From the NCBI GenBank assembly GCA_013043965.1, contig JABEVF010000101.1:895-64894 (forward strand): a stretch of DNA of 64,000 nt, in the 5' to 3' direction. Source of the DNA: Gallionella sp. (GTDB taxonomy: Bacteria > Pseudomonadota > Gammaproteobacteria > Burkholderiales > Gallionellaceae). A program made the translations under genes and the position numbers. Shown one piece after another: positions 18,370-29,030 of the stretch; the stretch's first letter is position 1; each line of letters begins with the position of its first letter. The notes under the pieces were generated by a model. The model was not told the origin of the DNA, ran no database searches, and saw only the letters and a list, made by a program, of their open reading frames with translations.

Positions 18370-18881
18370 GCCTGCTCGCGCGTCTGTCACGGCAGCCCGT
18401 GCTCGCCTGGATATTCAAACGACGCTTCATGAAGTTCGGCACGGTCGGCGCGTCCGGCGTGGTGGTCAATCTCGCGGTACTGTACGTCTGCCAGGAGTTT
18501 TTGTTCGGCGCGATACAGTCCGCGAACATGCGCTTGAACGTGTCGCTGGCCGCCGCGATCTTTTGCGCCACGGTCAACAACTTTTATTGGAACCGCGCCT
18601 GGACCTGGCGTGACCGCCAGCATCACCCCGACAAACATCTGCTGCTGCATTTCGGTCAGTACGCGCTGGCGGTCTGGGTCGGTATCGTGTTGCAAGTGAT
18701 CCTGACCAAGCTGCTCGTGCTGCATTTACATTACCTCATCGCCAATGCCTCCGCCATCGTGCTGGCCAGTGTGTTTAATTTTCTGGTGAACAACTTCTGG
18801 ACGTTTCGCCACCACAAACCCGCCGATGAAATGGCCTTGCCCAATATTCCCGGGCTCGGCGACGAGGCGGTGAAAAAATAA
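18366..18881 (+). CDS. GtrA-family membrane protein
   Basis: ATG 18366 overlaps the GT9 stop (ATGA). Contains FMKFGTVGASGVVVNLAVLYV ... SVFNFLVNNFWTFR and four TM helices, typical of GtrA. Confidence 0.85.
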   Translation: MSLLARLSRQPVLAWIFKRRFMKFGTVGASGVVVNLAVLYVCQEFLFGAIQSANMRLNVSLAAAIFCATVNNFYWNRAWTWRDRQHHPDKHLLLHFGQYALAVWVGIVLQVILTKLLVLHLHYLIANASAIVLASVFNFLVNNFWTFRHHKPADEMALPNIPGLGDEAVKK

Positions 18882-18884
18882 ACC

Positions 18885-20609
18885 ATGGCGAACCCGGCGC
18901 GGCTTCTGGTTTGGTATGTTTGCGCAATCCTGCTCGCGGTCTGCACTTATTTCTACGGACTGGACAGCCAGTTCATCCCGAAGAACGGCGACGAATATCC
19001 TTACGAGCACATCACCCGCCTTACCGCTGCGAGCGGCGAATGGTTGCCGCTGCAATCGCAGCTGGACAACATGCGCAACACCAAACCGCCGCTGTTGTTC
19101 TGGCAGGGCATCGCTTCCACCCACGGCGGACAACACTGGACCTTGTGGGACTTGCGTTACCCGAGCGTGATTTACACTTTGCTGACCGCCGCGATGCTGT
19201 TCCTGCTCGGCTGGAAGCTCTCCGCGCAAATCGAGACGGGCTTTATCGCCGCCCTGGCGTTTCTCGCCTTCTTCACCACCTACCGTTTTGGCCGCCCCTT
19301 CCTGACCAATGCGCCGGAAGTGTTCTGGTTGTTCCTGCCCTTTTTCGTGTTGCTGTATTGGCGGCAGACTTTCCAGTCGCGCTTCATTATTCCGGTGCTG
19401 CTGGGCATCAGCATAGGCATCGCGTTCCTGTATAAATCATTCGCGCTGGGGCTGCCTGTCACGCTCGGCCTGTGTGGTTGGTATTTGCAGCAGCGGCAAT
19501 ATCGCGTGCTGGCCTTCATCAAACAGGATGCGCTGAAAGTCTTCATCTCTTTGTCCGTTGCGGTGGCGATGTTCGCGTTGTGGTTCGCGTTAGACCCCGA
19601 TCCGCAAGCGGTGTGGAAGGAATTCGTGGTCGGCGAGAATGTCGGCAAGTTCGACCCGCACGGCCCGAGTTATCTTGCAAAGCTGCTGTGGGGCGGCTCC
19701 AGCGTGTGGACTTTCACAGCGGCCTTTTTGACCAACGCCGGACTGCTCACCTTGATCGTCATCGCACTGTTCGTCGTGGCCTTTCAAAACCGTCACAAGA
19801 TGAGCGGCGAGCAGCGATTATTATGGATTTGGGTCGCCGCATTGTTCTTCAGCTTTTGCCTGCCCAGCCAACGCTCGGGACGCTACCTGCTCGCCGCCAT
19901 GCCCGCCGTCGCCTTGTTGTGCGCGTTGGATTGGCAGCGCATCAGCCGCAAAGTTTTTGTCGCCACCCTGGTTTTGTGCGGCGTGCTGTTGCTCGGTTTG
20001 ACTTTATTGGCGGTACGCTTACAAAGCGAGATTGGAGACGCGCATTTGTTCCCGTCAAGTTTCTGGTTGCTGCTGATCGGCAGCGGCATCCTGTTGTTGG
20101 CGGCCATCGTGTTTCCCAGCTTCACGCGCCCCGCCGTCAACGTGGTGGCCTTGCTGGTGCTGCTGAGTTTCGCGGCGTTTCTGCGTCCGCTGGATGACAG
20201 GCTGGCAAACTACAGCAGCGGCGCGCAACGTTACGCGCAAGGCAGGATCGTGGCCGTGCCTTGCAATTTCAGGGCGCATGACGAAGGCCATCGCTTCCTG
20301 CTGCCGGGCGCGAATATCGTCGGCTACCAGGAAGGCCTGAATCTGAGCGTGCCGCAATTGGCGGAACGTTATTCACTGTTTGCCGTACAGCTGCCATTGC
20401 AGTCATCCGTTGCGGGCAGCGGCTGCGCCGAATGCCGAGTCGTCGGCCAGCGTCTGGACATACGCGGGCGACAAAGCGATGAGGAATTGCGCGATATGTT
20501 CTTCCACGGCAGATTCTTCGAGCACCTGTTCGTCCGCGAAGTGTTGATGGCATCGTCGGTCACACCCAAACAGATTCCGCCGCACACGCTCGCGGAAATG
20601 TGTCGCTGA
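18885..20609 (+). CDS. GT-C fold glycosyltransferase (family 39 / ArnT-PMT_2-like)
   Basis: 574 aa and polytopic. The first loop carries the acidic motif NGDEYPYEHITR, analogous to DE..RYAE of ArnT/PMT enzymes. It starts 3 nt after the GtrA stop. Confidence 0.8.
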   Translation: MANPARLLVWYVCAILLAVCTYFYGLDSQFIPKNGDEYPYEHITRLTAASGEWLPLQSQLDNMRNTKPPLLFWQGIASTHGGQHWTLWDLRYPSVIYTLLTAAMLFLLGWKLSAQIETGFIAALAFLAFFTTYRFGRPFLTNAPEVFWLFLPFFVLLYWRQTFQSRFIIPVLLGISIGIAFLYKSFALGLPVTLGLCGWYLQQRQYRVLAFIKQDALKVFISLSVAVAMFALWFALDPDPQAVWKEFVVGENVGKFDPHGPSYLAKLLWGGSSVWTFTAAFLTNAGLLTLIVIALFVVAFQNRHKMSGEQRLLWIWVAALFFSFCLPSQRSGRYLLAAMPAVALLCALDWQRISRKVFVATLVLCGVLLLGLTLLAVRLQSEIGDAHLFPSSFWLLLIGSGILLLAAIVFPSFTRPAVNVVALLVLLSFAAFLRPLDDRLANYSSGAQRYAQGRIVAVPCNFRAHDEGHRFLLPGANIVGYQEGLNLSVPQLAERYSLFAVQLPLQSSVAGSGCAECRVVGQRLDIRGRQSDEELRDMFFHGRFFEHLFVREVLMASSVTPKQIPPHTLAEMCR

Positions 20610-21892
20610 TGCCGCGCATCACCGCCCATCGTGTGCGGCTGGCCTTGATCGTGTTGGCTTGCGCGACCTCGGCCTACAAGCTCTCCCATCTCCCCTCACC
20701 TGCCGGGTTTCAGATGCCGAGTATCGCGACAACAAGGAACACAGCAGTGATGACAACGGGCTTTGTCTCCACAGCGCAAAACGTTGCTACTCATGCCGCT
20801 TCGCTTATTGAATTGAACGGCGGTCGCGTACGCGCCTTCTGGTTCGTCGGCAGTCGCGAGGGAGCGGAAGATGTGGAGATATGCAGCGCGGTATTCGATG
20901 GCAAGCAGTGGGGCGAAGAACGCAGCGTCATCGATCGTGAACACACCCAACAGGCGCTGCTGCGCTATGTGAAAAAACTCGGTAACCCAGTCGCTGCGCG
21001 CGCGCCGGACGGGACCATATGGTTATATTACGTGACCGTGTCTTTGGGTGGATGGGCCGGCAGCTCACTGACCACAATGAGCTCGCGCGATGAAGGCGAA
21101 ACCTGGAGCGCGCCGCGCCGACTCATCACCTCGCCGTTCCTCAACATCAGCACCCTCGTCAAAGGCGCACCGTTTGCCTATAGCGACGACACGATAGGTT
21201 TGCCCGTGTACCACGAGTTCCTCGGCAAATTCGGCGAGTTGCTGCGTCTGTCCAACGACGGTACGGTGCTCGACAAACAGCGTCTGAGCTCGGGGAAATC
21301 CAGCATACAGCCTGTCGTGCTGGTGGAAAATCCCAAACAGGCTTTGGTGTTGATGCGCTATACCGGCGCGCCGACTATGCGTGTGATCGCTACCCACACT
21401 AACGATGCCGGGCAACATTGGGGCGCGCCGATCAAGACCGGCTTGCCCAATCCCGATGCAGCGGTTTCCGGGGTGGTGCTGCCGGATGGCCGCATGCTGG
21501 TGGTGGCCAACGATCTGGAGCAAGGCCGCGATGCCTTGTCTTTACTGGCCTCCAGCGACAATGGCGGAACTTGGCAGAAAATCTACCAACTGGAAGACCA
21601 GCGCGCCCGGCCCACCGCACCCGATGACTTCTTGCGCAGTACCGCACAGCTCGCCCTGGGCACCGACAAGCACATCGCCGATGCAAATGCTTATGCCAGA
21701 TCCGCACAGCGCAATAAATGCGAAGGGGGACATTGCGGCTACGAGTTCTCGTACCCCTATCTGATCCAGACACACAACGGCGATTTCCATCTGGCCTACA
21801 CCTGGAACCGCAGCTTCATCAAACACGTGCAATTCAACCTCGCCTGGCTGGATGCCCGCATGAAAGAATCAGACCATGATGCACCTCACTGA
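20600..21892 (+). CDS. BNR/sialidase-like beta-propeller protein with N-terminal signal anchor
   Basis: Repeated S.D.G.TW-type motifs (SRDEGETWSAP, TNDAGQHWGAP, SSDNGGTWQKI). An alternative start at ATG 20609 overlaps the upstream stop (TGATG). Confidence 0.7.
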   Translation: MSLMPRITAHRVRLALIVLACATSAYKLSHLPSPAGFQMPSIATTRNTAVMTTGFVSTAQNVATHAASLIELNGGRVRAFWFVGSREGAEDVEICSAVFDGKQWGEERSVIDREHTQQALLRYVKKLGNPVAARAPDGTIWLYYVTVSLGGWAGSSLTTMSSRDEGETWSAPRRLITSPFLNISTLVKGAPFAYSDDTIGLPVYHEFLGKFGELLRLSNDGTVLDKQRLSSGKSSIQPVVLVENPKQALVLMRYTGAPTMRVIATHTNDAGQHWGAPIKTGLPNPDAAVSGVVLPDGRMLVVANDLEQGRDALSLLASSDNGGTWQKIYQLEDQRARPTAPDDFLRSTAQLALGTDKHIADANAYARSAQRNKCEGGHCGYEFSYPYLIQTHNGDFHLAYTWNRSFIKHVQFNLAWLDARMKESDHDAPH

Positions 21893-22481
21893 CCTGACCG
21901 GGCTCGCTGGCATCGCCAGCCTGATAGCGACTTCCGTGCTGCAACTGCCGCGCGTCAAACGCCTGGCCAAACACTATCTGGCGATGCTCGCGGCGGCGGT
22001 GTTGATCGTCTTGCTCATCCCCTTCAACGGCTTGCCGCTGGCGGCTTATGTGCGCGGCATAGTGGGCGATCTGAGCATCACCACGATAGTGTTGCTGTGG
22101 ACGGCGTTATTGCAACCCTGCTGCGCGGCGACAGAGCTCGAGCATCGTGACCGTCTGCTGATACTGGTTGCGGCGGCCGCTTTGTTCCTGTATCCAATGA
22201 CCCTGGGCATGAGCCTGTATGACCCCTACCGCATGGGTTACAGCGATACGGTGTTTGTCGCCGTCGTGCTGGTCATCGCCAGCGCGGCGTGGCTGTTGCG
22301 GCATTCCCTGATCGCCACCAGCCTCGCCCTTGCCACGCTGGCCTGGTCGCTGGGTTGGTATGAGTCGACCAATCTGTGGGACTATTTGCTCGATCCGCTG
22401 GTCGCGATTTACGCGTTGGGTACACTGCTTAAGCTGGGAATAAACAAATACAGAGTTTTCGGCGCGAAATCTAACCGCTAG
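21876..22481 (+). CDS. integral membrane protein, unknown function
   Basis: 201 aa with about 6 hydrophobic helices. It overlaps the upstream gene by 17 nt. No family was recognised. Confidence 0.55.
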   Translation: MMHLTDLTGLAGIASLIATSVLQLPRVKRLAKHYLAMLAAAVLIVLLIPFNGLPLAAYVRGIVGDLSITTIVLLWTALLQPCCAATELEHRDRLLILVAAAALFLYPMTLGMSLYDPYRMGYSDTVFVAVVLVIASAAWLLRHSLIATSLALATLAWSLGWYESTNLWDYLLDPLVAIYALGTLLKLGINKYRVFGAKSNR

Positions 22482-22554
22482 AGATTAAGCGTTGATTGAT
22501 GCCGAGACCAAACCGACCACACATAGAATTTCGGATATCCCGCTGTGCCGGCTA

Positions 22555-23358
22555 TCACTCTTGTCTCTTCAGAATCTCTTCCATCAAATAGGTATTGAGA
22601 GACGACACCAGTTCTTTTTCCGCCTTATGCAAACTGGCCTGCAATTGCACGTCCTTATTCTTTCTTTCGTCTGCGCTCATACTCTTCAACTCATCGCTAT
22701 TCTCGGTAATGAACGAGCTGTCTTTCCATATTATTTGACTATCTTTGGACGACACCAGCCTACCTTCCAAAGTAACCGGCGCATAAGTCTCGCCCATCAG
22801 CCAATCGATGCCATTCCAGGTCAGGTACTCCTGGCCAAACTCCTCTGCGGCAACGGCAACACCAAGCCACGGATTTTGCGTTGCCGTACCAACGACGACT
22901 CCTTGAACGACCCCTTCTATAATCCCTGAGCCAATAAATATTTTTTTCCACCTTTCATTCAAGCTCCCGTAGCCGCTCAGCGTAATGGTCAGGTACAGTG
23001 CTGTCGGGCTGTCGGGCAATGTTGCCGCCGACCCCTGACAAGACGGCAGCTCCTTGATCGCCAGGTAGGGCGATTTGATCATGTTCGCATTCACGTAATC
23101 GTCAATAGTGACTAGTGATAGTTTTCTGTTTTCTTCAAACTTATTTTCATTCTTTTCTTTGGTAAGCGTTTTATCCAATATATTCATCTGTGCAGTCGAT
23201 TCGACACAATAATAGACTGGGGTAACATCATTTTGCTTTATAGCCAAAGGATCGTGCACAGACACTGATGCACACCCTGAAAAAATTAACGAAACGATTG
23301 CTATGCTTATCGATTTACCATGCACACCCGGGTTTCCTTTGGTTATTGGGCTCGCCAT
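22555..23358 (-). CDS. lipoprotein, unknown function (AT-rich gene)
   Basis: Starts at ATG 23358 (MASPITKG..KSISIAIVSLIFSGC, lipobox LIFSGC). The start lies 1 nt after the stop of the upstream propeller gene. It is locally very AT-rich (line 23101 is 27 % GC by hand count). Confidence 0.65.
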   Translation of the reverse strand: MASPITKGNPGVHGKSISIAIVSLIFSGCASVSVHDPLAIKQNDVTPVYYCVESTAQMNILDKTLTKEKNENKFEENRKLSLVTIDDYVNANMIKSPYLAIKELPSCQGSAATLPDSPTALYLTITLSGYGSLNERWKKIFIGSGIIEGVVQGVVVGTATQNPWLGVAVAAEEFGQEYLTWNGIDWLMGETYAPVTLEGRLVSSKDSQIIWKDSSFITENSDELKSMSADERKNKDVQLQASLHKAEKELVSSLNTYLMEEILKRQE

Positions 23359-23359
23359 G

Positions 23360-24415
23360 TCAATCAGCGCGCACCTGCATAATGCGTAGCATGGTTTTCC
23401 CCCGACTATTCTCCAGCGGGAAATAGACACGATGGGTCACGGGATCGACCGCCACGACGTGTGCTTTGGATGCCAGCAGTTCCTCGCCGAGGTGGCGCAC
23501 CGTGTTATCCCGAGCTTCAAAGAGAGACACAACACCCGTTTCACTGGCGACATAGACCCAGCCACGTTGCTCATCGGCGGCCAACACGTCGGGGTCCGTT
23601 CCCACATCGAATGTGGCGACGAGATCGTGGCTCGTCAGGCTAAAAACCAAGAGCTTGTGGTTGCCCTGACAGGCGATGAATGCCAGCCGCTGACTAGGCA
23701 TAATCAACAGGCCGTGATTTTCCAAAGCGCCTGGAAGATCAATGCGATCAACTACCGTGTTGGTGCCCGGATCAATCTCCACCAGTTGCCCGCGTGTCTG
23801 AACGTTTGCGAAGATATGCCGCGATACCGGATCGTATTGCGTATTGCCAACCTCCCCACCCAGCGGGATCGTCGCCACGACTTGGTTCGCATCCACATCG
23901 ATTACCGTATCAGTACCACCGTGTTCATCGGAAATGTACAGCCGCCGGACTTCCGGAGCATAGGCCAGACCATCGGGATAGACACCTGCGGGGACACGGG
24001 TGACCACCTTCAGACTGTCTTCGTCAATCACCACGATTTCGTTCGTGCCGGCCGCCGAGGCATAGACCCGCCCCAACTCGGGGACAACGAGGACTCCATG
24101 CACCTTGCTGATGCCGGGAATCCTTGTCACGACCCGTTGTTTCTGCGTATCGAACACAATCAGCGCGCTGTCGCCCAGATGGGCAATGAAGAGCAGGTGT
24201 CGCTGCGGATCGTAGCTTTCATAGTCCAGGCGCGTCGGTCGTCCCCCCAAGGGCACATCGGCTATAAGCGTGAGTGGCAATGTATCGGGCGCACGCTTTT
24301 CTGACCCGACTCCGGCATCTGCCGCCCCTGCGGGGCTATGCAGACCAAACAGCAAACACAGCACCACGGTATACGGCCTGAAAGCCTGGAAAAACTCGGG
24401 GAAATTTTTATTCAT
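23360..24415 (-). CDS. YncE-like / YVTN-type beta-propeller repeat protein, secreted
   Basis: Starts at ATG 24415 (MNKNFPEFF.. signal peptide ..PAGAADA). It shows repeated propeller blades (RLYISDEHGGTDTVIDVDANQVVATIPLGG, GQLVEIDPGTNTVVDRIDLPG, etc.). Confidence 0.8.
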   Translation of the reverse strand: MNKNFPEFFQAFRPYTVVLCLLFGLHSPAGAADAGVGSEKRAPDTLPLTLIADVPLGGRPTRLDYESYDPQRHLLFIAHLGDSALIVFDTQKQRVVTRIPGISKVHGVLVVPELGRVYASAAGTNEIVVIDEDSLKVVTRVPAGVYPDGLAYAPEVRRLYISDEHGGTDTVIDVDANQVVATIPLGGEVGNTQYDPVSRHIFANVQTRGQLVEIDPGTNTVVDRIDLPGALENHGLLIMPSQRLAFIACQGNHKLLVFSLTSHDLVATFDVGTDPDVLAADEQRGWVYVASETGVVSLFEARDNTVRHLGEELLASKAHVVAVDPVTHRVYFPLENSRGKTMLRIMQVRAD

Positions 24416-24505
24416 TTGTGTGACCCTCAACGGTTATCCGATTCGCGATTGATTGAACCGACTTCAATTTCCATCTGGCCGGATCAATAGCACTTGGATA
24501 CACCT

Positions 24506-24838
24506 CTAGTCTGGATTTTTTCCTGCCGGGACGTTTTCCAGCACTTCGCCGGTTTTTGCGTCCACGCCGACTTCCTGAGTGGTCTTGCCCTCCCGGATGT
24601 CGAACGAGTAGCGCAGGCCGCTGCCACCTTTCTCCTGCTCCAATTCCGCATCGGTAATTTTTCCGGGATGAGCCTTGAGGGCGATCACCCGGGCTTGCGC
24701 CAGCGTGAGCCCGGCTTCGCCCGCGAACTCCTGTCCTGTATAGGCTGACACAGGGATAGCGAATGCCAGCATGGTGATGCCCAGCAAGCTGATTGCGTTT
24801 TGTTTATACGTTGTATTAAAAAGGGTACGTTGTTTCAT
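24506..24838 (-). CDS. PepSY domain protein, secreted
   Basis: Starts at ATG 24838 (MKQRTLF.. signal). PepSY core is LTLAQARVIALKAHPGKITDAELEQEKGGSGLRYSFDI...VGVDAKTGEVL. Confidence 0.8.
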   Translation of the reverse strand: MKQRTLFNTTYKQNAISLLGITMLAFAIPVSAYTGQEFAGEAGLTLAQARVIALKAHPGKITDAELEQEKGGSGLRYSFDIREGKTTQEVGVDAKTGEVLENVPAGKNPD

Positions 24839-25067
24839 CTTGGCTGGCCTCTTATAAGTTAACCGGAATCCGGTAAACGCAATAGCGTTCACCATGACGA
24901 TGACTTTACGCCGCCAGAATTAGGGCCAGATTAGTCAAACAAAGAGAGCTCACAAGGAGCGGGGGCATTCAAGGGACACCTGTTGCCAGGTCTTGTATAA
25001 CACTTTTGCTAGCTAAATTTCTCCTGGTCTAGCAGCAAAAATTCGCCAGCGTTTACACGGCGTGCGA

Positions 25068-25589
25068 CTAACGCAACACCGCCAACGCCGCATCGTAGTT
25101 CGGTTCGTGGGTGATGTCATCGACCAGTTCGGCATATACCACGCGATCATGCTCATCCAGCACCAGCACGGCGCGCGCTGTCACGCCGGCGAGTGCCGTG
25201 TCGGCGATTTTCACGCCGTAGTTGCGCATGAAATCCCGCCCGCGCATCAGCGACAACGTGACGACGTTTTCCAATCCTTCCGCCACGCAGAAACGGCTCA
25301 TGGCGAACGGCAGATCGGCAGAGATTACCAGCACCACCGTGTTGTCCAGCTTGCCGGCGGCCTCGTTGAATTTGCGCGCAGAAGCGGCGCACACGGCGGT
25401 ATCCAGGCTGGGCACGATATTCAGCACCTTGCGCTTGCCCGTGAAACTTTGCAGCGGCACATCCTTCAGGTCTTTATCCACCAGCGTGAAAGCCGGGGCG
25501 GTTTGGCCGACGGCGGGGAAACTGCCGAATAAAGTGACGGGTGCGCCGCCTAATGTGACGGCGGTTTTATTGCTGATGTCTTTGGACAT
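25068..25589 (-). CDS. tpx: thiol peroxidase
   Basis: Starts at ATG 25589 after AAGGAGAG. It matches Tpx throughout ([38 protein letters not shown]..). Confidence 0.93.
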   Translation of the reverse strand: MSKDISNKTAVTLGGAPVTLFGSFPAVGQTAPAFTLVDKDLKDVPLQSFTGKRKVLNIVPSLDTAVCAASARKFNEAAGKLDNTVVLVISADLPFAMSRFCVAEGLENVVTLSLMRGRDFMRNYGVKIADTALAGVTARAVLVLDEHDRVVYAELVDDITHEPNYDAALAVLR

Positions 25590-25669
25590 GGTGCTCTCCT
25601 TGTGGTTGGTGTCGGCGCGAGCTGGCTCGCCATCCATTGAACGCTAATAATTCGCGAGCAAACTCGCTC

Positions 25670-28579
25670 CTACATGTAACTTTCTAGCGGCGGGCACGCG
25701 CAAATCAGATTCTTGTCGCCGTGCACATTATCCACTCTTGCCACGCTGGGCCAGAATTTATTGTCGCGTACCCAAGGCAACGGGTATGCGGCTTGTTCAC
25801 GCGTATAAGGGCGGGCCCAATCGCTGCGGACCACGGCCTTCGCGGTATGCGGCGCATGTTTGATGACGTTGTCTTTTTTGTCGGCACGGCCCGCAACGAT
25901 CTCGGCGATCTCGCCACGGATGGCGATCATCGCGGCACAGAAGCGATCCAATTCGGCTTTCGATTCGCTCTCGGTCGGTTCGACCATCAGCGTATCAACC
26001 ACAGGGAAAGACGTGGTGGGCGCGTGGTAGCCATAATCCATCAGGCGCTTGGCGATGTCGGCGACTTCCACACCGGCTTCGCGTTTGAAATCGGCACAGG
26101 CCAGAATCATCTCGTGCGCGCAGCGGCCATTCGCGCCGACATACATCGTTGGATAGTGGTCCTTGAGCGATTCCTTGATGTAGTTCGCGCTCAGAATCGC
26201 CATGCGCGTGGCTTCGCGCAGCCCCGTGCCGCCCAGCATTTTGATGTAGCCGTACGAGATCAGCAGGATCAGCGCGCTGCCGTAAGGCGCGGCGGAAACC
26301 GCGTGTATCCCTTGTGCGCCGCCGGTTTTGACCACCGGATGTGTAGGCAGGAACGGTACGAGATGTGCCGCCACACCGATCGGGCCCATGCCCGGTCCGC
26401 CGCCGCCGTGCGGGATGGCGAAGGTTTTGTGTAAATTCAGGTGGCACACGTCCGCGCCTATATTGCCGGGACTGGTCAGTCCCACTTGCGCGTTCATGTT
26501 CGCGCCGTCCATGTACACCTGTCCGCCGTTGTCGTGAATGATGGTCGTGATGTCGCGGATCGATTCCTCATACACGCCGTGCGTGCTGGGGTAGGTCACC
26601 ATCAGGCACGACAAGTCGGCACGATACTGTTCGGCTTTCTCGCGCAGATCGGCCACATCGATGTTGCCGTTCTTATCGCATTTCACCACCACGATCTTCA
26701 TGCCGCACATCGCCGCGCTGGCGGGATTGGTGCCGTGCGCTGAGGCGGGTATCAACGCCACGTTGCGCTGGCCTTCGCCGCGCGAACGGTGATAAGCCTG
26801 TATCACCAGCAGCCCGGCGTATTCGCCCTGCGCGCCGCTGTTGGGCTGGAAGCTCATCTTGGCAAAGCCGGTGATCTCGGACAGGTCGGCATCCAGTGCG
26901 GCGATGATCTCCTGATAGCCTTCGGCTTGTTCCAGCGGCACGAAGGGATGCAGGTTAGCGAACGCCGGCCAGGTCAGCGGGATCAGTTCCGACGCGGCAT
27001 TCAGTTTCATCGTGCACGAGCCCAGCGAGATCATCGAGTGCGTCAGCGACAGGTCTTTGTTCTCCAACCGCTTGATGTAACGCATCATCTCCGATTCGGA
27101 GTGATAGGTGTTGAACACCGGATGATTCAGAATGGCCGATAGTCTTGGCTTGATTCGCATCGCCTGGGCAAAGACCTGTGCTTGCGTCACGCGGGGTGCA
27201 GCCTTGCCTGCCGCCTGTGCGAACACATCCAGCATGACATTCAGCGCGTCGGCATCGGTGGTTTGATCGACGGCGATGGTCAAACCGCCATCGGTATAGC
27301 GGAAGTTGATATGGGCCGATTCGGCCAGCGCATGGATCTTCACGTTGTCGGTGTGCGTCAATTTGATGGTGTCGAAGAACGCCTCATCGCTCACGGTGTA
27401 ACCGAGTTTGCCCAGTTCGTTCGCCAGCGTCACGGCCGACACATGCACCTGTTGGGCGATGCCGCGCAGGCCTGCCGCGCCGTGGTACACCGCATACATG
27501 CTGGCCATGATCGCCAGCAGCGCCTGCGCGGTACAGATGTTGGACGTAGCCTTCTCGCGGCGGATGTGTTGCTCGCGGGTTTGCAGCGCCATGCGCAATG
27601 CAGGATTACCGTCTGCATCGACCGACACGCCGATGATGCGCCCGGGCATAGCACGCTTGTGCACATCGCGGCAGGCGAAGTAGGCGGCATGCGGACCGCC
27701 GTAGCCCATCGGTACGCCGAAGCGTTGTGTCGACCCGACCACGACATCCGCACCCCATTCTCCGGGCGGAGTGAGTAGCACCAGACTCAGTATGTCGGCC
27801 GCCACCGCGATGGTCATGCCGTGTGCTTTGGCTCGGGCGACGAAATCGGCGTAATCATGCACCGCGCCATCGGCGGTAGGGTATTGCAGCAATGCGCCAT
27901 ACATCGTGTCGTTCAAGGTGACGGTCTTGAAATCGCCGATCACCAGTTTGATGCCTAGCGGCGCGGCGCGTGTCTTGAGCAACTCGATGGTCTGCGGGAA
28001 GCATTCGTGCGACACGAAAAAGCTGCTCTTGCCCTGCTCCACCGCCTCGCGGGAACGCAGCCCGTGCAGCAGCGTCATCGCTTCCGCTGCGGCTGTCGCT
28101 TCGTCCAGCAGCGATGCGTTGGCGATCTCCATTCCAGTCAGATCTATCACCATAGTCTGATAGTTCAACAACGCTTCCAATCGACCCTGCGCGATCTCGG
28201 CCTGGTAGGGCGTGTAGGCTGTATACCAGCCCGGATTTTCCAGGATGTTGCGCTGTATCACCGGTGGCAAGATGGTGTCGTAATAGCCCAGACCGATGTA
28301 GCTCTTGTATAACTTGTTCTTCGCCGCAATACCGCGCAGGTGCTGGTGATAAGCGTATTCCGTCAAGCCCTCTGGCAGATTCAACGGCCGCTTCAGACGA
28401 ATGGCAGCAGGGATGGTTTGGTCTATCAGCTCATCCACGGAGCGCGCGTCGATCTTGCGCAGCATGTCTTGAATGTCTTGCCCGGATGGGCCGTTGTGGC
28501 GATTTACAAATTGGTCGGTCTTGATCATGGCGAGAGTTCTGGAAAAATCGGAAATATTGGCGCGCAACCTGTAGCTCAT
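25670..28579 (-). CDS. gcvP: glycine dehydrogenase (decarboxylating), P protein
   Basis: About 950-970 aa single-chain GcvP (FVNRHNGPS.., PLP-lysine region [24 protein letters not shown]). An alternative start at ATG 28528 is possible. Confidence 0.95.
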   Translation of the reverse strand: MSYRLRANISDFSRTLAMIKTDQFVNRHNGPSGQDIQDMLRKIDARSVDELIDQTIPAAIRLKRPLNLPEGLTEYAYHQHLRGIAAKNKLYKSYIGLGYYDTILPPVIQRNILENPGWYTAYTPYQAEIAQGRLEALLNYQTMVIDLTGMEIANASLLDEATAAAEAMTLLHGLRSREAVEQGKSSFFVSHECFPQTIELLKTRAAPLGIKLVIGDFKTVTLNDTMYGALLQYPTADGAVHDYADFVARAKAHGMTIAVAADILSLVLLTPPGEWGADVVVGSTQRFGVPMGYGGPHAAYFACRDVHKRAMPGRIIGVSVDADGNPALRMALQTREQHIRREKATSNICTAQALLAIMASMYAVYHGAAGLRGIAQQVHVSAVTLANELGKLGYTVSDEAFFDTIKLTHTDNVKIHALAESAHINFRYTDGGLTIAVDQTTDADALNVMLDVFAQAAGKAAPRVTQAQVFAQAMRIKPRLSAILNHPVFNTYHSESEMMRYIKRLENKDLSLTHSMISLGSCTMKLNAASELIPLTWPAFANLHPFVPLEQAEGYQEIIAALDADLSEITGFAKMSFQPNSGAQGEYAGLLVIQAYHRSRGEGQRNVALIPASAHGTNPASAAMCGMKIVVVKCDKNGNIDVADLREKAEQYRADLSCLMVTYPSTHGVYEESIRDITTIIHDNGGQVYMDGANMNAQVGLTSPGNIGADVCHLNLHKTFAIPHGGGGPGMGPIGVAAHLVPFLPTHPVVKTGGAQGIHAVSAAPYGSALILLISYGYIKMLGGTGLREATRMAILSANYIKESLKDHYPTMYVGANGRCAHEMILACADFKREAGVEVADIAKRLMDYGYHAPTTSFPVVDTLMVEPTESESKAELDRFCAAMIAIRGEIAEIVAGRADKKDNVIKHAPHTAKAVVRSDWARPYTREQAAYPLPWVRDNKFWPSVARVDNVHGDKNLICACPPLESYM

Positions 28580-28640
28580 AGCTAGTCGCTCTTATAGTGC
28601 GCGCTTCGCGCGCAGCGTTTAAAGCTACGGGCTACCCGCT

Positions 28641-29030
28641 CTAATGTGCTTCGCTATCGACGTGTGCCTGGTACGCTGTCGCGTCCATCAGCGCGGATAC
28701 ATCGGCGGCATGATCCGGCCTCATCTTGAATATCCATGCGCCGTACGGATCGTTGTTGATATCTTCGGGCGAGCTGTCCAGCGCGCTGTTCGCGGCGACG
28801 ACTTCACCGGACACGGGCGCGTACACATCGGCAGCCGCCTTCACCGATTCCACCACGGCACACTCTTCCCTGGCCTTCAATTTGCGGCCCGCAGCCGGAG
28901 CTTCGACGAACACCATGTCGCCCAGCAGTTCTTGCGCGTGTTGCGTGATGCCTATCGTGATCGTGCCATCGGCTTCGGTTTTGACCCACTCGTGGGAATC
29001 GGTGTACTTCAAGTTGCCTGGGTTACTCAT
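28641..29030 (-). CDS. gcvH: glycine cleavage system H protein
   Basis: YTDSHEWVK...GITQHAQELLGDMVFVE and the lipoyl-lysine motif VESVKAAADVYAPVSGEV. Confidence 0.95.
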   Translation of the reverse strand: MSNPGNLKYTDSHEWVKTEADGTITIGITQHAQELLGDMVFVEAPAAGRKLKAREECAVVESVKAAADVYAPVSGEVVAANSALDSSPEDINNDPYGAWIFKMRPDHAADVSALMDATAYQAHVDSEAH

